This document shows, piece after piece, positions 51,301-60,128 of a DNA stretch of 64,000 nucleotides. Origin of the DNA: Laetmonice hystrix (taxonomy: Eukaryota). Under the pieces are notes generated by a model. The model had not been told where the DNA came from, did not search any database, and saw nothing but the letters and a program-made list of their open reading frames with translations. The DNA is taken from the NCBI GenBank assembly GCA_965235115.1, contig OZ249436.1:45820001-45884000 (forward strand). Direction: 5' to 3'. The translations under genes and the position numbers were made by a program. The number at the start of each line of letters is the position of its first letter. The stretch's first letter is position 1.

Positions 51301-54300
51301 CCTTCCCCCGATTTCTTACAACAAAGACTTCTTTATCTAAGTTTCTCAAGTGTTCTTTGTTTGCGAACACAGTTTACAGAATCAAATTAGGCATAAGTAT
51401 TGCAAAACATCCAGTTCAGCTGGTATAGATGTTTGGTTTCTTATCCCCGCGCGCGTAACCTTTACCAACCCCCAACCCCCAGGGTCAAGTCTTGCACATA
51501 CCCCTCCAACTGGTACAACTTACAAGCGCTGTTGCAGAAAGTTAAAACTGCTCTTTCTCGAGTTGTGCAGAGCTTCGAGTTTTTCATTTTCTTAAATTAA
51601 ACCATTGAATATTCTAAATTGGTTTTGTTTTCGTCACAAAATAACTAAATATATTAATAATTATAAAAATAAAGATTTAAGAATTAAAATTAACGAATTA
51701 GAAATAACTAAATAAGCCACGTTACCGGCGTAGCCTTTTTGTTTATATTAATTGATGAGGAAGAAACATTTGTTGACCTTGCAGTATTGTCTGGGGGCGC
51801 TAGTCATGACAGTGCAGTATAACGTTATTCACTGCGTAGTATGTTCATGACGGCACACTGGCGCTCTAAATAGTGACCTTTACAAAACGCTCTACGACTT
51901 ATGTAACATTAACAGCGAAAGTCGCAGGGCATAAACTACATGAGTCCTAAAAAAGGTTTCAATAAGTTCTTGTTTCGTAAAAAGAAAACCCATCAGATTG
52001 CCTATAGGCCTATTCCATATACATAGATACTGTAATGCATAGACGCCTAGTACCTGACGCCAAAAGGGAAATATCAATCGAAACATGAAATAAAATAAAA
52101 ATAAATCAAATAAAAATAAATAAATATTCTTTCGTAGGTTACATCCTTACCTCTTGATTTAGGTCTATAACATTTAGTTTGTGAGTCGGTCTCGGTCAAA
52201 GATTTAGAACGACGTTTTCCCTGAAACCATGCCTTTGCCCGTTCTGGGTCGTTGACCCTGGTGGCCTGAGAGTGAACTATGAGACCAAGGCGCTCGCAGA
52301 CGTTCTGACTGTCCACCACCTGTGATAGGTCAAGGGTCACTAACCCCGTCCATATATACCACCTGCAACGTCCCACTGACCGACTCTGTCGACAAGGACA
52401 GACTGTTTCGGTAGCCACAGTGATTTTCAATGAGAAATCTGACCTTGAAGTAACCTTGAAATATGCATTGATGACACATGCAGTATACGATGAAACTGTG
52501 GACGAGAGCCAATACTGGTACTTTCTCAAGTGGTTTATAGCGGGCAACTTCCCTCTTCACTAATAGTTTTATAAAAGAGCACAAGAACAATTTTCCATTC
52601 ACCTGTTTTGGGATGGCAATAAAGAGTGTCCTTAGCTGGCCCATGCTCATCACATAAATAGCGGCGGGTGATATCATTCAGGGACTAATGAAAACATTTC
52701 TCCTTCATAATGACTGGGCAGATACATGTATATAAACCGGCGATAACCAGGAACCTGAGGCCCGAACCCTACCGTCTCACCTGACAGGCCATGGTATAGA
52801 GTACGGACCTAGGCAGAAATCAGGTGAAATAAGTCACAAAACAGTGGATCGGTTCAGGTTCTCATGTCACTGAGATCCCCGGACAGTGTGCCCGGCACAA
52901 TATGTACACCATAGTAAGGGGCAGACCATTTAATAGCTGGGGGGGGGGGGGGGGTATGGTTTTTTCGTAAAAAAAAAGTTTGTTTGCCAAGTTCACCCAA
53001 AAAAATAGTTTGCTCTCAAATGTGTGTGAAAAAAATAGTTTGTTTAGCAATGTGTGTAAAAAAAAAATAGATTTTTGACAGGCAGTCTGCCCAAAAATCT
53101 GCCCGAAACTGCTAAAAAATTAAAAGAAGACCAAAAATTTTCCTCGCTCCGCTCGGTCAACAGTTTTATTTAGGCATACTCTATACAACACTGAGTAAAA
53201 CATATCAGTCTGAACAATTATGACATGCAATTGAATACTAGTATGTATAACTTGATCAATTGTTTTATGTAGACATTCACTTAGGACCGGCCTGTTGCCC
53301 CCCCCCCCCCCTCACAGCTCAAAAGCTGGGGGGCAAGCATAATATAGTTCCGGAGATGGTCAGACCGTCAGAGGGCCTAGATTTTGTTCCCATATGCCAG
53401 GAAAACGTGTATTTGGCACTTTAATTTTCAATTTTTTCTGCGGGAGGGCCCCCAGACCCCCCGCTCGAGACTTCGCGCCTTCGACGCTCTTATCACCAAC
53501 ATTTCTAAACTTGGAACCTATGTCTCCCCCCCGGCACACCATCTTCTGGCGCCTATGTCTGTGGAACAGAAATTAACGGGATAACTAATGGTTGCGGCAG
53601 AATTATGTCCTGGAAAAAAAAGTTTGTCTCTGCCACCTCGGGGAAAAAAAATTGTTTGCTTTTGATTAGGGATAAAAAAAATTGTTTGTTTTTTGTTGGA
53701 AGCAAAAAAAAAAGTTTGGTCAGAAGGAAAAACCATACCCTCCCCCCCGCTATTAAATGGTCTGCCCCTAAGTATAGGCCCTATGTCGGCCAGGCCTATG
53801 CAGAACACGGCGCAGAACAGGTAAAATATACCTTATAAAGTAAAACCGTATTATAATAAAGGAAAGTCCTGTATACCTGAAACTCGGATTACGAGGGGGC
53901 GGGGGGGGGTTCTCAGGTTCCAGAACTAGAGCAGGTTCTAATTCTGCCCCGGATTATCCGATCTTTAGACCTTACATAGACCAGTAAACAGATATATTAC
54001 GTTCAGTTATGGTTGCATACATTATGACAGAAGGCGACAGGTAGATGTTTTTTCAGAGAGGTTGAACTTTTCGATAATCTGATGGCACTGGGTGCCCCTA
54101 TCTAGAAACACTACTTATATCAAATGAATAATTCGTGTGTTGGGTCTCGCTTTGAAGTGTCATTTCTGATGTACTGGCATGTAAACGGGAGGACCTCTCG
54201 GTGTGTTGAAGTATATACAGGTCGATTATTTGACCTTGAGTCGGATGACAACGGTCCAGGCAGGAAGAATGTATTTCGCAGCATGTTGTTACGATCTTGA

Positions 54301-57300
54301 TATTGACACTATAGACCGGGGAGTGTGCAGAGTCAATACTGTTACGTTCTACGTTCTCATTATCAACATGTTCAAGGCGTATGGCACGGAGGGGGGAGGG
54401 GGTACGAAGGGAGTCTCAGTTGTCACAGCTAGTATATACAATGTAGCGTATTATATACGTATCATGTTTAAATTGATATGTCGACGTTGGCTGATACCTA
54501 TTGAAGGACCACCGCCCGGGTTATCGTTCTGTGGGGTGGTACGTGTAGGATACAGTACACACCCAGACAACGACTGCATGTTGTGTCATGGTCGTCATGG
54601 AAAAAATGACAACATACCGAGGCAACCTTTTCACGTCTATCAGAGCATGTCGGTGCGGTGTTGGTTTTCTGACGAGGTGTGTGTGAATACTTGGAGCCGT
54701 CCCAGCACCCCGTCAGTCTCCACCGTGACACGCTGTGCTCTCTCCGACTGCCAACCGTCTTACGTCGTGTTTCCAGGTGTTGCAAACACTCTGCCAATGT
54801 CAGACAGCTTGGGCGAATAAAGGATTCCTAACCCCAAGTCGCAGAGTTTAATATGTTCATTACAACACCCTCTGGGGAGAATCATTCTATCTTTATTGGA
54901 GTTTTGAAACTGGATTTTTGGTCACGAGATTAAGGACCTTCCTCCTCTACGGTTCTGGCAATATGCCAACTTTATTCTCCCGTAAAGGATGTGGCCGTAT
55001 ACTATGCGGTTCCAAGTGGGTGTATTCTTATACTGGGAATTCCTAACAGCAATAGCATGCCATTTAGGGTCGCACCCCCCCCCCCCCCCAACTGTTTGAA
55101 TGATCGCTTCGGGGTAACCCAGATAACTTTAAGAATGTTCCGAGAGAGAAAATTGTATAGCACCCTATACTGCACCCATCCTCATTAGGTATCGACTACC
55201 ATGCCAACTCGGGAGTGAGTGAGGGACGGAGATAGCGTGGCGCTGTCTCTATCATTGCGTGAGGTATCGACTACCATGCCAACTCGGGAGTGAGTGAGGG
55301 ACGGAGATAGCGTGGCGCTGTCTCTATCATTGTGAGGTATCGACTACCATGCCAACTCGGGAGTGAGTGAGAGACGGAGATAGCGTGGCGCTGTCTCTAT
55401 CATTGTGAGGTATCGACTACCATGCCAACTCGGGAGTGAGTGAGGGACGGAGATAGCGTGGCGCTGTCTCTATCATTGTGAGGTATCGACTACCATGCCA
55501 ACTCGGGAGTGAGTGAGGGACGGAGATAGCGTGGCGCTGTCTCTATCATTGCGTGAGGTATCGACTACCATGCCAACTCGGGAGTGAATGAGGGACGGAG
55601 ATAGCGTGTACCATGCCAACTCGGGGGTGAGTGAGGGACGGAGATAGCGTGGCGCTGTCTCTATCATTGCGTGAGGTATCGACTACCATGCCAACTCGGG
55701 AGTGAATGAGGGACGGAGATAGCGTGTACCATGCCAACTCGGGGGTGAGTGAGGGACGGAGATAGCGTGGCGCTGTCTCTATCATTGCGTGAGGTATCGA
55801 CTACCATGCCAACTCGGGGGTGAGTGAGGGACGGAGATAGCGTGTACCATGCCAACTCGGGGGTGAGTGAGGGACGGAGATAGCGTGGCGCTGTCTCTAT
55901 CATTGCGTGAGGTATCGACTACCATGCCAACTCGGGAGTGAGTGAGGGACGGAGATAGCGTGGCGCTGTCTCTATCATTGCGTGAGGTATCGACTACCAT
56001 GCCAACTCGGGAGTGAGTGAGGGACGGAGATAGCGTGGCGCTGTCTCTATCATTGCGTGAGGTATCGACTACCATGCCAACTCGGGAGTGAGTGAGGGAC
56101 GGAGATAGCGTGGCGCTGTCTCTATCATTGCGTGAGGTATCGACTACCATGCCAACTCGGGGGTGAGTGAGGGACGGAGATAGCGTGTACCATACCAACT
56201 CGGGAGTGAGTGAGGGACGGAGATAGCGTGGCGCTGTCTCTATCATTGCGTGAGGTATCGACTACCATGCCAACTCGGGAGTGAGTGAGGGACGGAGATA
56301 GCGTGGCGCTGTCTCTATCATTGCGTGAGGTATCGACTACCATGCCAACTCGGGAGTGAGTGAGGGACGGAGATAGCGTGGCGCTGTCTCTATCATTGCG
56401 TGAGGTATCGACTACCATGCCAACTCGGGGGTGAGTGAGGGACGGAGATAGCGTGTACCATGCCAACTCGGGAGTGAGTGTGGCGCTGTCTCTATACGGA
56501 TGATGATCGGCAACGGAAATATAAAGCAAGAAGATGCAGAAAGGATCAGGAACAAGAGAAACAAAAAGTGTCAAATAATATCAAATTATATTATATGACC
56601 AAATAACGTATTTAATTTACCGTGCAATATGTTTTTCTTTATTTCTCTTTTTTTGGTTTGTTTATTGTTTAATTTTGTTAAAATAATTAGTCAGGAAAAA
56701 GTGCCATTTATTACGGCAGGAATAGATGTTTGAATGATTAAATAATTATACAATGTTTTCTGCTGTAAAGCCCGTGTTCCACTAAGCCGATTTACATCCG
56801 ATCGGCCATCCGATTTTCTTAACTTCTGAAATTATTGGTAATTTGTGTCATCAAATCATTAAAGGACATTTAATTTGTAATGATTGGACATATTTTTCGT
56901 CGGCCGCAAATATCAGATACATTTATCGTCAATCGGATGGCCCATCGGATGTAAATCGGCTTAGTGGAATCCAGCCTTTACCATGCTGTAATAAAGAAAC
57001 CTGAACAAAAAACATATTTTTGGGGGGTGGTGGGTGCGGTTGGGGGGATGACCTGCGGACATATCTGGGGATATATCTAAGGCGGGGGGCATAGCTAGAC
57101 GAACTTTTCTAGGTCATGTGGGGACTGAGTTTACCGGACATATCCAGCTGTTTAGATTATAGCTAGGTAATCTGGGGTATAACCACACAGAAATGTTATT
57201 TCCTTTACACTCAGATTGATGGTCGACCATGCAGGGTAGGAGTCATGAATGTACGATGTTTGGGAGGTTATGATCCACCTGCCCTGTGTTAACGTCCTTA

Positions 57301-58467
57301 ACTGAGGATCTGAGACGCCGCCCCTGGTTACCCGGATGATGGCCAGGCCAGGTGGACGGTGGGTAATGACCACCAGTTTATGACTTCTGTGTGCAGGCTG
57401 TTTCCAGTTCAAGTGATCCCCAGGGCAATTCGTCGTATAAAATAAACATGGTTGTATATGGTGAGAGTGAGTGGCACCAACTGAACGTGTTAACCCTATT
57501 ATGATTATAGGGAGCAGTTAGACTGCAGCAATAGCCTTGCTCGACACACATCACCATGCACCCTTGAGACATGTAAACAACGGCACGTGGACAATCTAGG
57601 GTCAATAGGTCATCAGTGACGCCATTCTCAGTTATATCTTTGAAGAAATAAGACCGGCCTGCACACGTATGTATTTGGTAATAGTGTTCTTTACCCGTTC
57701 AATACTGTAAACTTCAAAACAATTATACAAAAACTACTAATGAATACAAATGAAAATACACCCTCTGCTCTGAATCGAGAATAAATATATAAATGCAATT
57801 TCTACTTTAAAAAACGAGCCAACTAGATGGTATCAGTGGCGTATCCAGGATTGGTCGGGGGGGGGGGGCACCCCCCCCCCCCAACACAAAAATAACCTGG
57901 ATACTCCACTAGGTATGGATGGCAAATGAACTTGGCCTCGCCCTTTTTTAGGTTCCAGGAATATCGGGGTTCCCGCTTCACCGCTTCGTGGCCCCGAAGG
58001 TTCACCCCGGTGTCGCCTTCCAGTGACCACGGGCTGTCCCCCTGCCCCCTGTCCCCCTGCCCCCTGCCCCCTGTCCCCATGCCCCCTGCCCCCTGCCCCC
58101 CCACCCCCACCCGGACGAGCCCCGCCTCAGACCGTGCAGTCTTTGCTGACGGCAGGTCATGGACTTTACGAGCTCCCTAATCCACGTCCTGTCTGCATTA
58201 ATTTTGCAGCGAAGCTCTAAAAAAGTTATTTTATTATACTTTTATATTCATATATACATACCTTAATGTGTTTTTTCTAAATCCGGCGGGATATGTGTAA
58301 TATATTCATAACGTTAGGTTATAGTATACATTTTCTTCCCTTCCAACTTTAATAATCTTACAGAACTTACCTCTGCCCTGCTCGGTATCTTGCCCCTTCA
58401 CCACTGCAGGGTGGAGCAGCAAGACAACAGAAATGATGAACTTTACTAGGCCGATATAACGATCCAT
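119..58467 (-). CDS. Multi-exon gene (47 coding exons, ~3258 aa): type-I membrane protein with 26 SRCR domains, mucin stalk, TM helix and cytoplasmic tail (DMBT1-like scavenger receptor)
   Basis: Exon pieces carry SRCR motifs (RL..G...GRVEV..WG.VC...W...A.V.C..LG; C.G.E..L..C; AGV.C). They join through GT-AG sites with matching phase throughout, summing to 9777 nt. Linking the signal exon across a 15-kb intron is inferred from phase. Confidence 0.88.
1374..1555 (-). CDS. Exon 46: SRCR26 C-part
   Basis: [40 protein letters not shown]; phase 2/1. Confidence 0.93.
1733..2340. repeat. 76-bp minisatellite, 8 copies
   Basis: tgacacatacctaccgcgggac..cacaatgtagca repeated. Confidence 0.95.
2499..2634 (-). 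CDS. Exon 45: SRCR26 N-part
   Basis: [35 protein letters not shown]; phase 1/2. Confidence 0.92.
2657..4562. repeat. 30-bp minisatellite, ~63 copies, filling the intron between exons 44 and 45
   Basis: ctggttagtgtaccactatctcacatcgta. Confidence 0.97.
4575..4784 (-). CDS. Exon 44: SRCR25 C-part
   Basis: [30 protein letters not shown]; phase 1/1. Confidence 0.92.
4981..5115 (-). CDS. Exon 43: SRCR25 N-part
   Basis: [30 protein letters not shown]; phase 1/1. Confidence 0.92.
5122..5330. repeat. 45-bp repeat, ~4.5 copies, next to the exon 43 acceptor
   Basis: gtaacaccgcataaacaggacggttaaaacggaattacagatta. Confidence 0.9.
5537..5866 (-). CDS. Exon 42: SRCR24 (single exon)
   Basis: [35 protein letters not shown]; phase 1/1. 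Confidence 0.92.
6223..6546 (-). CDS. Exon 41: SRCR23 (single exon)
   Basis: [32 protein letters not shown]; phase 1/1. Confidence 0.92.
6843..7457. repeat. 41-bp minisatellite, ~15 copies
   Basis: gatgagggccgacgagctgcaccaagaagggatcagacaaa. Confidence 0.97.
7483..7738 (-). CDS. Exon 40: SRCR22 C-part
   Basis: [45 protein letters not shown]; phase 0/1. Confidence 0.92.
7731..9110. repeat. 42-bp minisatellite, ~33 copies, containing the exon 40 acceptor
   Basis: cataacacctggatatatgagtatgagacatttagtctttat. Confidence 0.97.
9221..9336 (-). CDS. Exon 39: SRCR22 N-part
   Basis: [36 protein letters not shown]; phase 1/0. Confidence 0.92.
9646..9997. repeat. 39-bp minisatellite, 9 copies, containing the exon 38 donor
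   Basis: cattcactgttatgttgctgtactcaccaccaagcgtgg. Confidence 0.97.
9985..10133 (-). CDS. Exon 38: SRCR21 C-half
   Basis: [23 protein letters not shown]; phase 2/1; alternative in-frame donors lie downstream. Confidence 0.9.
10600..10792 (-). CDS. Exon 37: SRCR21 N-half
   Basis: [26 protein letters not shown]; phase 1/2. Confidence 0.88.
11075..11498. mobile_element. MITE-like non-autonomous DNA element
   Basis: 15-bp terminal inverted repeats gggtcggggcccata / tatgggacccgaccc (1 mismatch); no ORF; no clear TSD. Confidence 0.55.
11603..11929 (-). CDS. Exon 36: SRCR20 (single exon)
   Basis: [41 protein letters not shown]; phase 1/1. Confidence 0.9.
12261..12452 (-). CDS. Exon 35: SRCR19 C-part
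   Basis: [33 protein letters not shown]; phase 1/1. Confidence 0.92.
12667..12798 (-). CDS. Exon 34: SRCR19 N-part
   Basis: Hand translation [41 protein letters not shown]; phase 1/1. Confidence 0.92.
13365..14587. repeat. 21-22-bp minisatellite, ~55 copies, containing the exon 33 donor
   Basis: cccagaccccactccttaccat. Confidence 0.97.
14584..14738 (-). CDS. Exon 33: SRCR18 C-half
   Basis: [26 protein letters not shown]; phase 2/1. Confidence 0.88.
14910..15245. repeat. Degenerate ~20-bp repeat starting at the exon 32 donor
   Basis: cccacagttagagataccca. Confidence 0.85.
15246..15420 (-). CDS. Exon 32: SRCR18 N-half (reading frame not in ORF track)
   Basis: Hand translation [28 protein letters not shown]; phase 1/2. 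Confidence 0.9.
15504..16428. repeat. 42-43-bp minisatellite, ~21 copies, containing the exon 31 end and donor
   Basis: ccctgaccgttacctgttggtcgtcacattgagactaagatca. Confidence 0.97.
16401..16607 (-). CDS. Exon 31: SRCR17 C-part
   Basis: [34 protein letters not shown]; phase 1/1. Confidence 0.9.
16831..17366. repeat. 70-bp minisatellite, ~7.5 copies, carrying a copy of the exon 30 donor region
   Basis: tacaagactcccggacagtatttcagggacaggatccccggactgcggtgagtggccgggctggctgaca. Confidence 0.95.
17550..17666 (-). CDS. Exon 30: SRCR17 N-part
   Basis: Hand translation [27 protein letters not shown]; phase 1/1. Confidence 0.9.
18063..18250 (-). CDS. Exon 29: SRCR16 C-part
   Basis: [25 protein letters not shown]; phase 2/1. 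Confidence 0.88.
18426..18558 (-). CDS. Exon 28: SRCR16 N-part (not in ORF track)
   Basis: Hand translation [32 protein letters not shown]; phase 1/2. Confidence 0.88.
18555..19285. repeat. ~55-bp minisatellite, ~13 copies, containing the exon 28 acceptor
   Basis: ctgtaaacacaaacaacaccctaaacactacaatcattcacatcacccactgaca. Confidence 0.93.
19481..19801 (-). CDS. Exon 27: SRCR15 (single exon)
   Basis: [46 protein letters not shown]; phase 1/1. Confidence 0.92.
20028..21080. repeat. 34-bp minisatellite, ~31 copies
   Basis: cacatcacaattactttggccctgaacgtagtct. Confidence 0.97.
21173..21327 (-). CDS. Exon 26: SRCR14 C-half (not in ORF track)
   Basis: Hand translation [23 protein letters not shown]; phase 2/1. 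Confidence 0.88.
23447..23824. mobile_element. Possible MITE
   Basis: Inverted ends ggcccgttgcataa / ttatgcaacggacc (1 mismatch). Confidence 0.4.
23914..24091 (-). CDS. Exon 25: SRCR14 N-half
   Basis: [37 protein letters not shown]; phase 1/2. Confidence 0.88.
24060..25858. repeat. 65-69-bp minisatellite, ~26 copies, containing the exon 25 acceptor plus 32 exon nt
   Basis: atagtccggcgtctggccagacgttatccgaactatatatgacataggaaatcaattagatatcaatga. Confidence 0.97.
26083..26250 (-). CDS. Exon 24: SRCR13 C-half
   Basis: [30 protein letters not shown]; phase 1/1. Confidence 0.88.
26440..26622 (-). CDS. Exon 23: SRCR13 N-half
   Basis: [35 protein letters not shown]; phase 1/1. Confidence 0.9.
27107..27314 (-). 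CDS. Exon 22: SRCR12 C-part
   Basis: [30 protein letters not shown]; phase 0/1, AAG acceptor. Confidence 0.85.
27780..27895 (-). CDS. Exon 21: SRCR12 N-part
   Basis: [25 protein letters not shown]; phase 1/0. Confidence 0.88.
28013..29704. repeat. 45/48-bp minisatellite, ~37 copies, containing the exon 20 end and donor; 594-bp higher-order block
   Basis: gtgtgaccgttatggctaggttatgacttaccagtgctggggtca. Confidence 0.97.
29687..29823 (-). CDS. Exon 20: SRCR11 C-half
   Basis: [21 protein letters not shown]; phase 2/1. Confidence 0.9.
30062..30242 (-). CDS. Exon 19: SRCR11 N-half (not in ORF track)
   Basis: Hand translation [41 protein letters not shown]; phase 1/2. Confidence 0.9.
30637..30815 (-). 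CDS. Exon 18: SRCR10 C-half
   Basis: [29 protein letters not shown]; phase 2/1. Confidence 0.88.
30851..31261. repeat. ~46-bp minisatellite, ~9 copies, containing the exon 17 end and donor
   Basis: ctcacgttttggtggcgccgtccaggtattggtatgacatgggtta. Confidence 0.93.
31239..31395 (-). CDS. Exon 17: SRCR10 N-half
   Basis: Hand translation [33 protein letters not shown]; phase 1/2. Confidence 0.9.
31798..32109 (-). CDS. Exon 16: SRCR9 (single exon)
   Basis: [41 protein letters not shown]; phase 1/1. Confidence 0.9.
32157..32695. repeat. 77-bp minisatellite, 7 copies
   Basis: gctgtcacacctcgacaagagacagagccgtatcgaggcggtacagaaggaactagagtactcaacgaaaactactg. Confidence 0.96.
32870..33039 (-). CDS. Exon 15: SRCR8 C-half (reading frame not in ORF track)
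   Basis: Hand translation [24 protein letters not shown]; phase 2/1. Confidence 0.85.
33187..33390. repeat. Imperfect (CT)n microsatellite
   Basis: Directly visible. Confidence 0.95.
33454..33634 (-). CDS. Exon 14: SRCR8 N-half (reading frame not in ORF track)
   Basis: Hand translation [33 protein letters not shown]; phase 1/2. Confidence 0.88.
34309..34463 (-). CDS. Exon 13: SRCR7 C-half
   Basis: [28 protein letters not shown]; phase 2/1. Confidence 0.88.
35616..35787 (-). CDS. Exon 12: SRCR7 N-half
   Basis: [25 protein letters not shown]; phase 1/2. Confidence 0.9.
36001..36166 (-). CDS. Exon 11: SRCR6 C-half
   Basis: [19 protein letters not shown]; phase 0/1. Confidence 0.88.
36972..37129 (-). 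CDS. Exon 10: SRCR6 N-half
   Basis: [33 protein letters not shown]; phase 1/0. Confidence 0.88.
37150..37672. repeat. ~32-bp minisatellite
   Basis: aaccaatctatcaacaaccaatctaccgtatc. Confidence 0.93.
37864..37987 (-). CDS. Exon 9: SRCR5 C-half
   Basis: [20 protein letters not shown]; phase 0/1. Confidence 0.88.
38323..38522 (-). CDS. Exon 8: SRCR5 N-half
   Basis: [24 protein letters not shown]; phase 1/0. Confidence 0.9.
38700..39652. repeat. 40/48-bp composite minisatellite containing the exon 7 donor
   Basis: ccccaccatattcttacccctccctcc core; 48-bp units nearest the exon, 40-bp units further away. Confidence 0.95.
39653..39816 (-). CDS. Exon 7: SRCR4 C-half
   Basis: [29 protein letters not shown]; phase 2/1; alternative in-frame donors lie downstream. 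Confidence 0.88.
40079..40244 (-). CDS. Exon 6: SRCR4 N-half
   Basis: [33 protein letters not shown]; phase 1/2. Confidence 0.9.
40476..40835 (-). CDS. Exon 5: SRCR3 (single exon)
   Basis: [32 protein letters not shown]; phase 1/1. Confidence 0.88.
41122..41463 (-). CDS. Exon 4: SRCR2 (single exon)
   Basis: [34 protein letters not shown]; donor GTTCGC is weak and was chosen by phase. Confidence 0.8.
41820..41982 (-). CDS. Exon 3: SRCR1 C-half
   Basis: [36 protein letters not shown]; phase 0/1. Confidence 0.9.
42033..43040. repeat. 75-bp minisatellite, ~13 copies
   Basis: gagttcatgctgacggtgttagatatagaccctcctccaggaaaaactacctcaactagtcagtcaggatgtaaa. Confidence 0.96.
43191..43357 (-). CDS. 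Exon 2: SRCR1 N-half
   Basis: [26 protein letters not shown]; acceptor TTTCAG, donor GTAGGA, phase 1/0. Confidence 0.9.
44372..44852. repeat. Composite repeat built on tgcggaca
   Basis: Alternating tttgcggacaagactcaatctgcggaca units. Confidence 0.9.
46677..46859. mobile_element. Small foldback/MITE-like element
   Basis: ~25-bp inverted ends cgactaatcaccaaaaccgagcgaa / ttcgctcggtttcggtgtttagtcg. Confidence 0.55.
47856..48070. repeat. 55-bp repeat, 4 copies
   Basis: acgtaacacctagcagtaaagtacaactcctactgtacagggagttataatattt. Confidence 0.93.
48183..48370. repeat. Imperfect (CT)n microsatellite
   Basis: Directly visible. Confidence 0.95.
49243..50005. repeat. 42-bp minisatellite, ~16 copies plus one detached copy
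   Basis: acacttgatcgtgaatatattctgagggcaaccacccaaggt. Confidence 0.97.
52918..53768. mobile_element. PIF/Harbinger-type MITE (~850 bp) with TAA target-site duplication
   Basis: TAA|ggggcagaccatttaatagc(g)n..gtatggttttt ... aaaaaccatac..(c)ngctattaaatggtctgcccc|TAA; a 3-bp TWA TSD is characteristic of PIF/Harbinger. Confidence 0.8.
55188..56494. repeat. 73-75-bp minisatellite with interspersed 43-bp sub-units
   Basis: gaggtatcgactaccatgccaactcgggagtgagtgagggacggagatagcgtggcgctgtctctatcattgcgt. Confidence 0.96.
56766..56980. mobile_element. ~215-bp MITE with ~50-bp terminal inverted repeats
   Basis: taaagcccgtgttccactaagccgatttacatccgatcggccatccgatt / aatcggatggcccatcggatgtaaatcggcttagtggaatccagccttta. 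Confidence 0.75.
58371..58467 (-). CDS. Exon 1: signal peptide [32 protein letters not shown]
   Basis: Hydrophobic N-terminus with likely VKG/Q cleavage; strong phase-1 donor AG|GTAAGT matching exon 2. Confidence 0.75.
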
Positions 58468-60128
58468 GATAAATGATTTCTGTTGGTCACCGTCTGTGGA
58501 CCTTAGCAATTCTCCCCTCCCGTTAAGCAGTCCTCGTTCGCCCAGGCTGAAACTGACCAAGAAAACCGGGTCACTAGACCAGTCAGCTGCTTGCAAGTCA
58601 TACAAGAAAACAGTGTTGGTTCAAGTAAAGAGTATAAACCAGGCATCATTTACAATGTAGGTAACTTGGAAATCGCCCAATTCTTAGAATCGTCAGGAAG
58701 TGTAATTACAGGTAACATGAAAAGACACAAAAGAAATCAACTTGCTGGATCTCCGTTGCTCTAGATATAACAGTGATTGTTAGGGAGTCATTAATGATGC
58801 GAAGGTTGGAGTGGGCGGTAACTACGACTCCACCCGCCGGGTCTACAGCAAGCTTACCTTGTTGAGACAGTGCTGTTGTCTGGTGATCTTTAGGACTTGT
58901 CACTGTGACAAAACAAACGAATATCGCCTCACGGAATCCAGGCGTTTCTTCCTAGTTGATATGCCGAAGGTATTATAAAACCAGACAACACCTTGGAGGT
59001 GTAGTATTAAAACCAATTTTCCTTGGGCATGTGTTGGAGATGAGCCGGATAGGACAACGGCCCTTCACGATGTCTGGGCGTCTAAAACACGATGATATAT
59101 TCTCAAAAATATTCCGACTTTGAGTTTAAGATATATGTCCTAGCTTCGGCTGAAGATGGTTTCTTTTTACACCCGGTTCCGACGGGAGGTAAAGAACCGT
59201 TGTCTCATGTTCCAAGCACGAACAAACATTGTCCAGTTTCAGGCGCAAGTTCCAAGTTCCAAGTACCAGTGTTCTTCTACATGTTCCGTCGTGTATGAAG
59301 GGTACGTAGTTTATCCCTCACACATATATACACATACATAACATCGACCTGTGAGGAATGACGTAGGCCTGAAAGTTAAGGTTACCCCTTTGCTCTGTGA
59401 AGCGTGACGCCCTAGTTGCCCGTAGACTGCCCCGGTGTGGAGTCCTCAGCGGCCATTCGGGTCACCTGTACGATACTCATGCGTATTCGACCGAGTGTAT
59501 CTCAGCAGTGAGGTTGTCGGAAGTGTCCGAGCACTCAACCGATGTTAGCAAGACACGAGGCCGAGGGCAACATGAGGTTTGGTATGAGGTGTCTGAGATA
59601 CGCGCTCACTGTCAGCGAACAGTCTCCATACACCTGCTCAAAACGTGCTCTCTGCAGGGATCCGAGGTGGAGGTTCCACACAGGGAGGTGGGATGGTTGG
59701 CTAGAGGTGGGGGAGGGGGGAGTCAGCTATGGTGAAAACTGATTACACAGGTATTCCTTTTAAATTTATTATTCCATGAACAGATTAGAAAACACCATAC
59801 AAATCCTGCAGAATATAATATATGTAGGGGCCCTTCCATTTTTTAAAGGAGTCTGACCCGCCAGTAAAGATTGACATCTCCCCCCCCCCCCTTATATTGC
59901 CAAAAATTCACCCTTTGCCATTTTTGTGTGGAATGATCCTTGATAATTGGTGTGGATCAGATCTTATACTAGACAAAGGTCTACACGTTCCTTAGTGGCA
60001 TACTTGATTCAGGTGTGATCACACCAGCTGGGGGGGGGGGGGTGTCCCCAACATTCTTTGGCTCCAATTTTATTTTTGGATGAACAGTTATTTATTACTA
60101 CTCTGTATCTGGAAGGAATTCCGACCCC

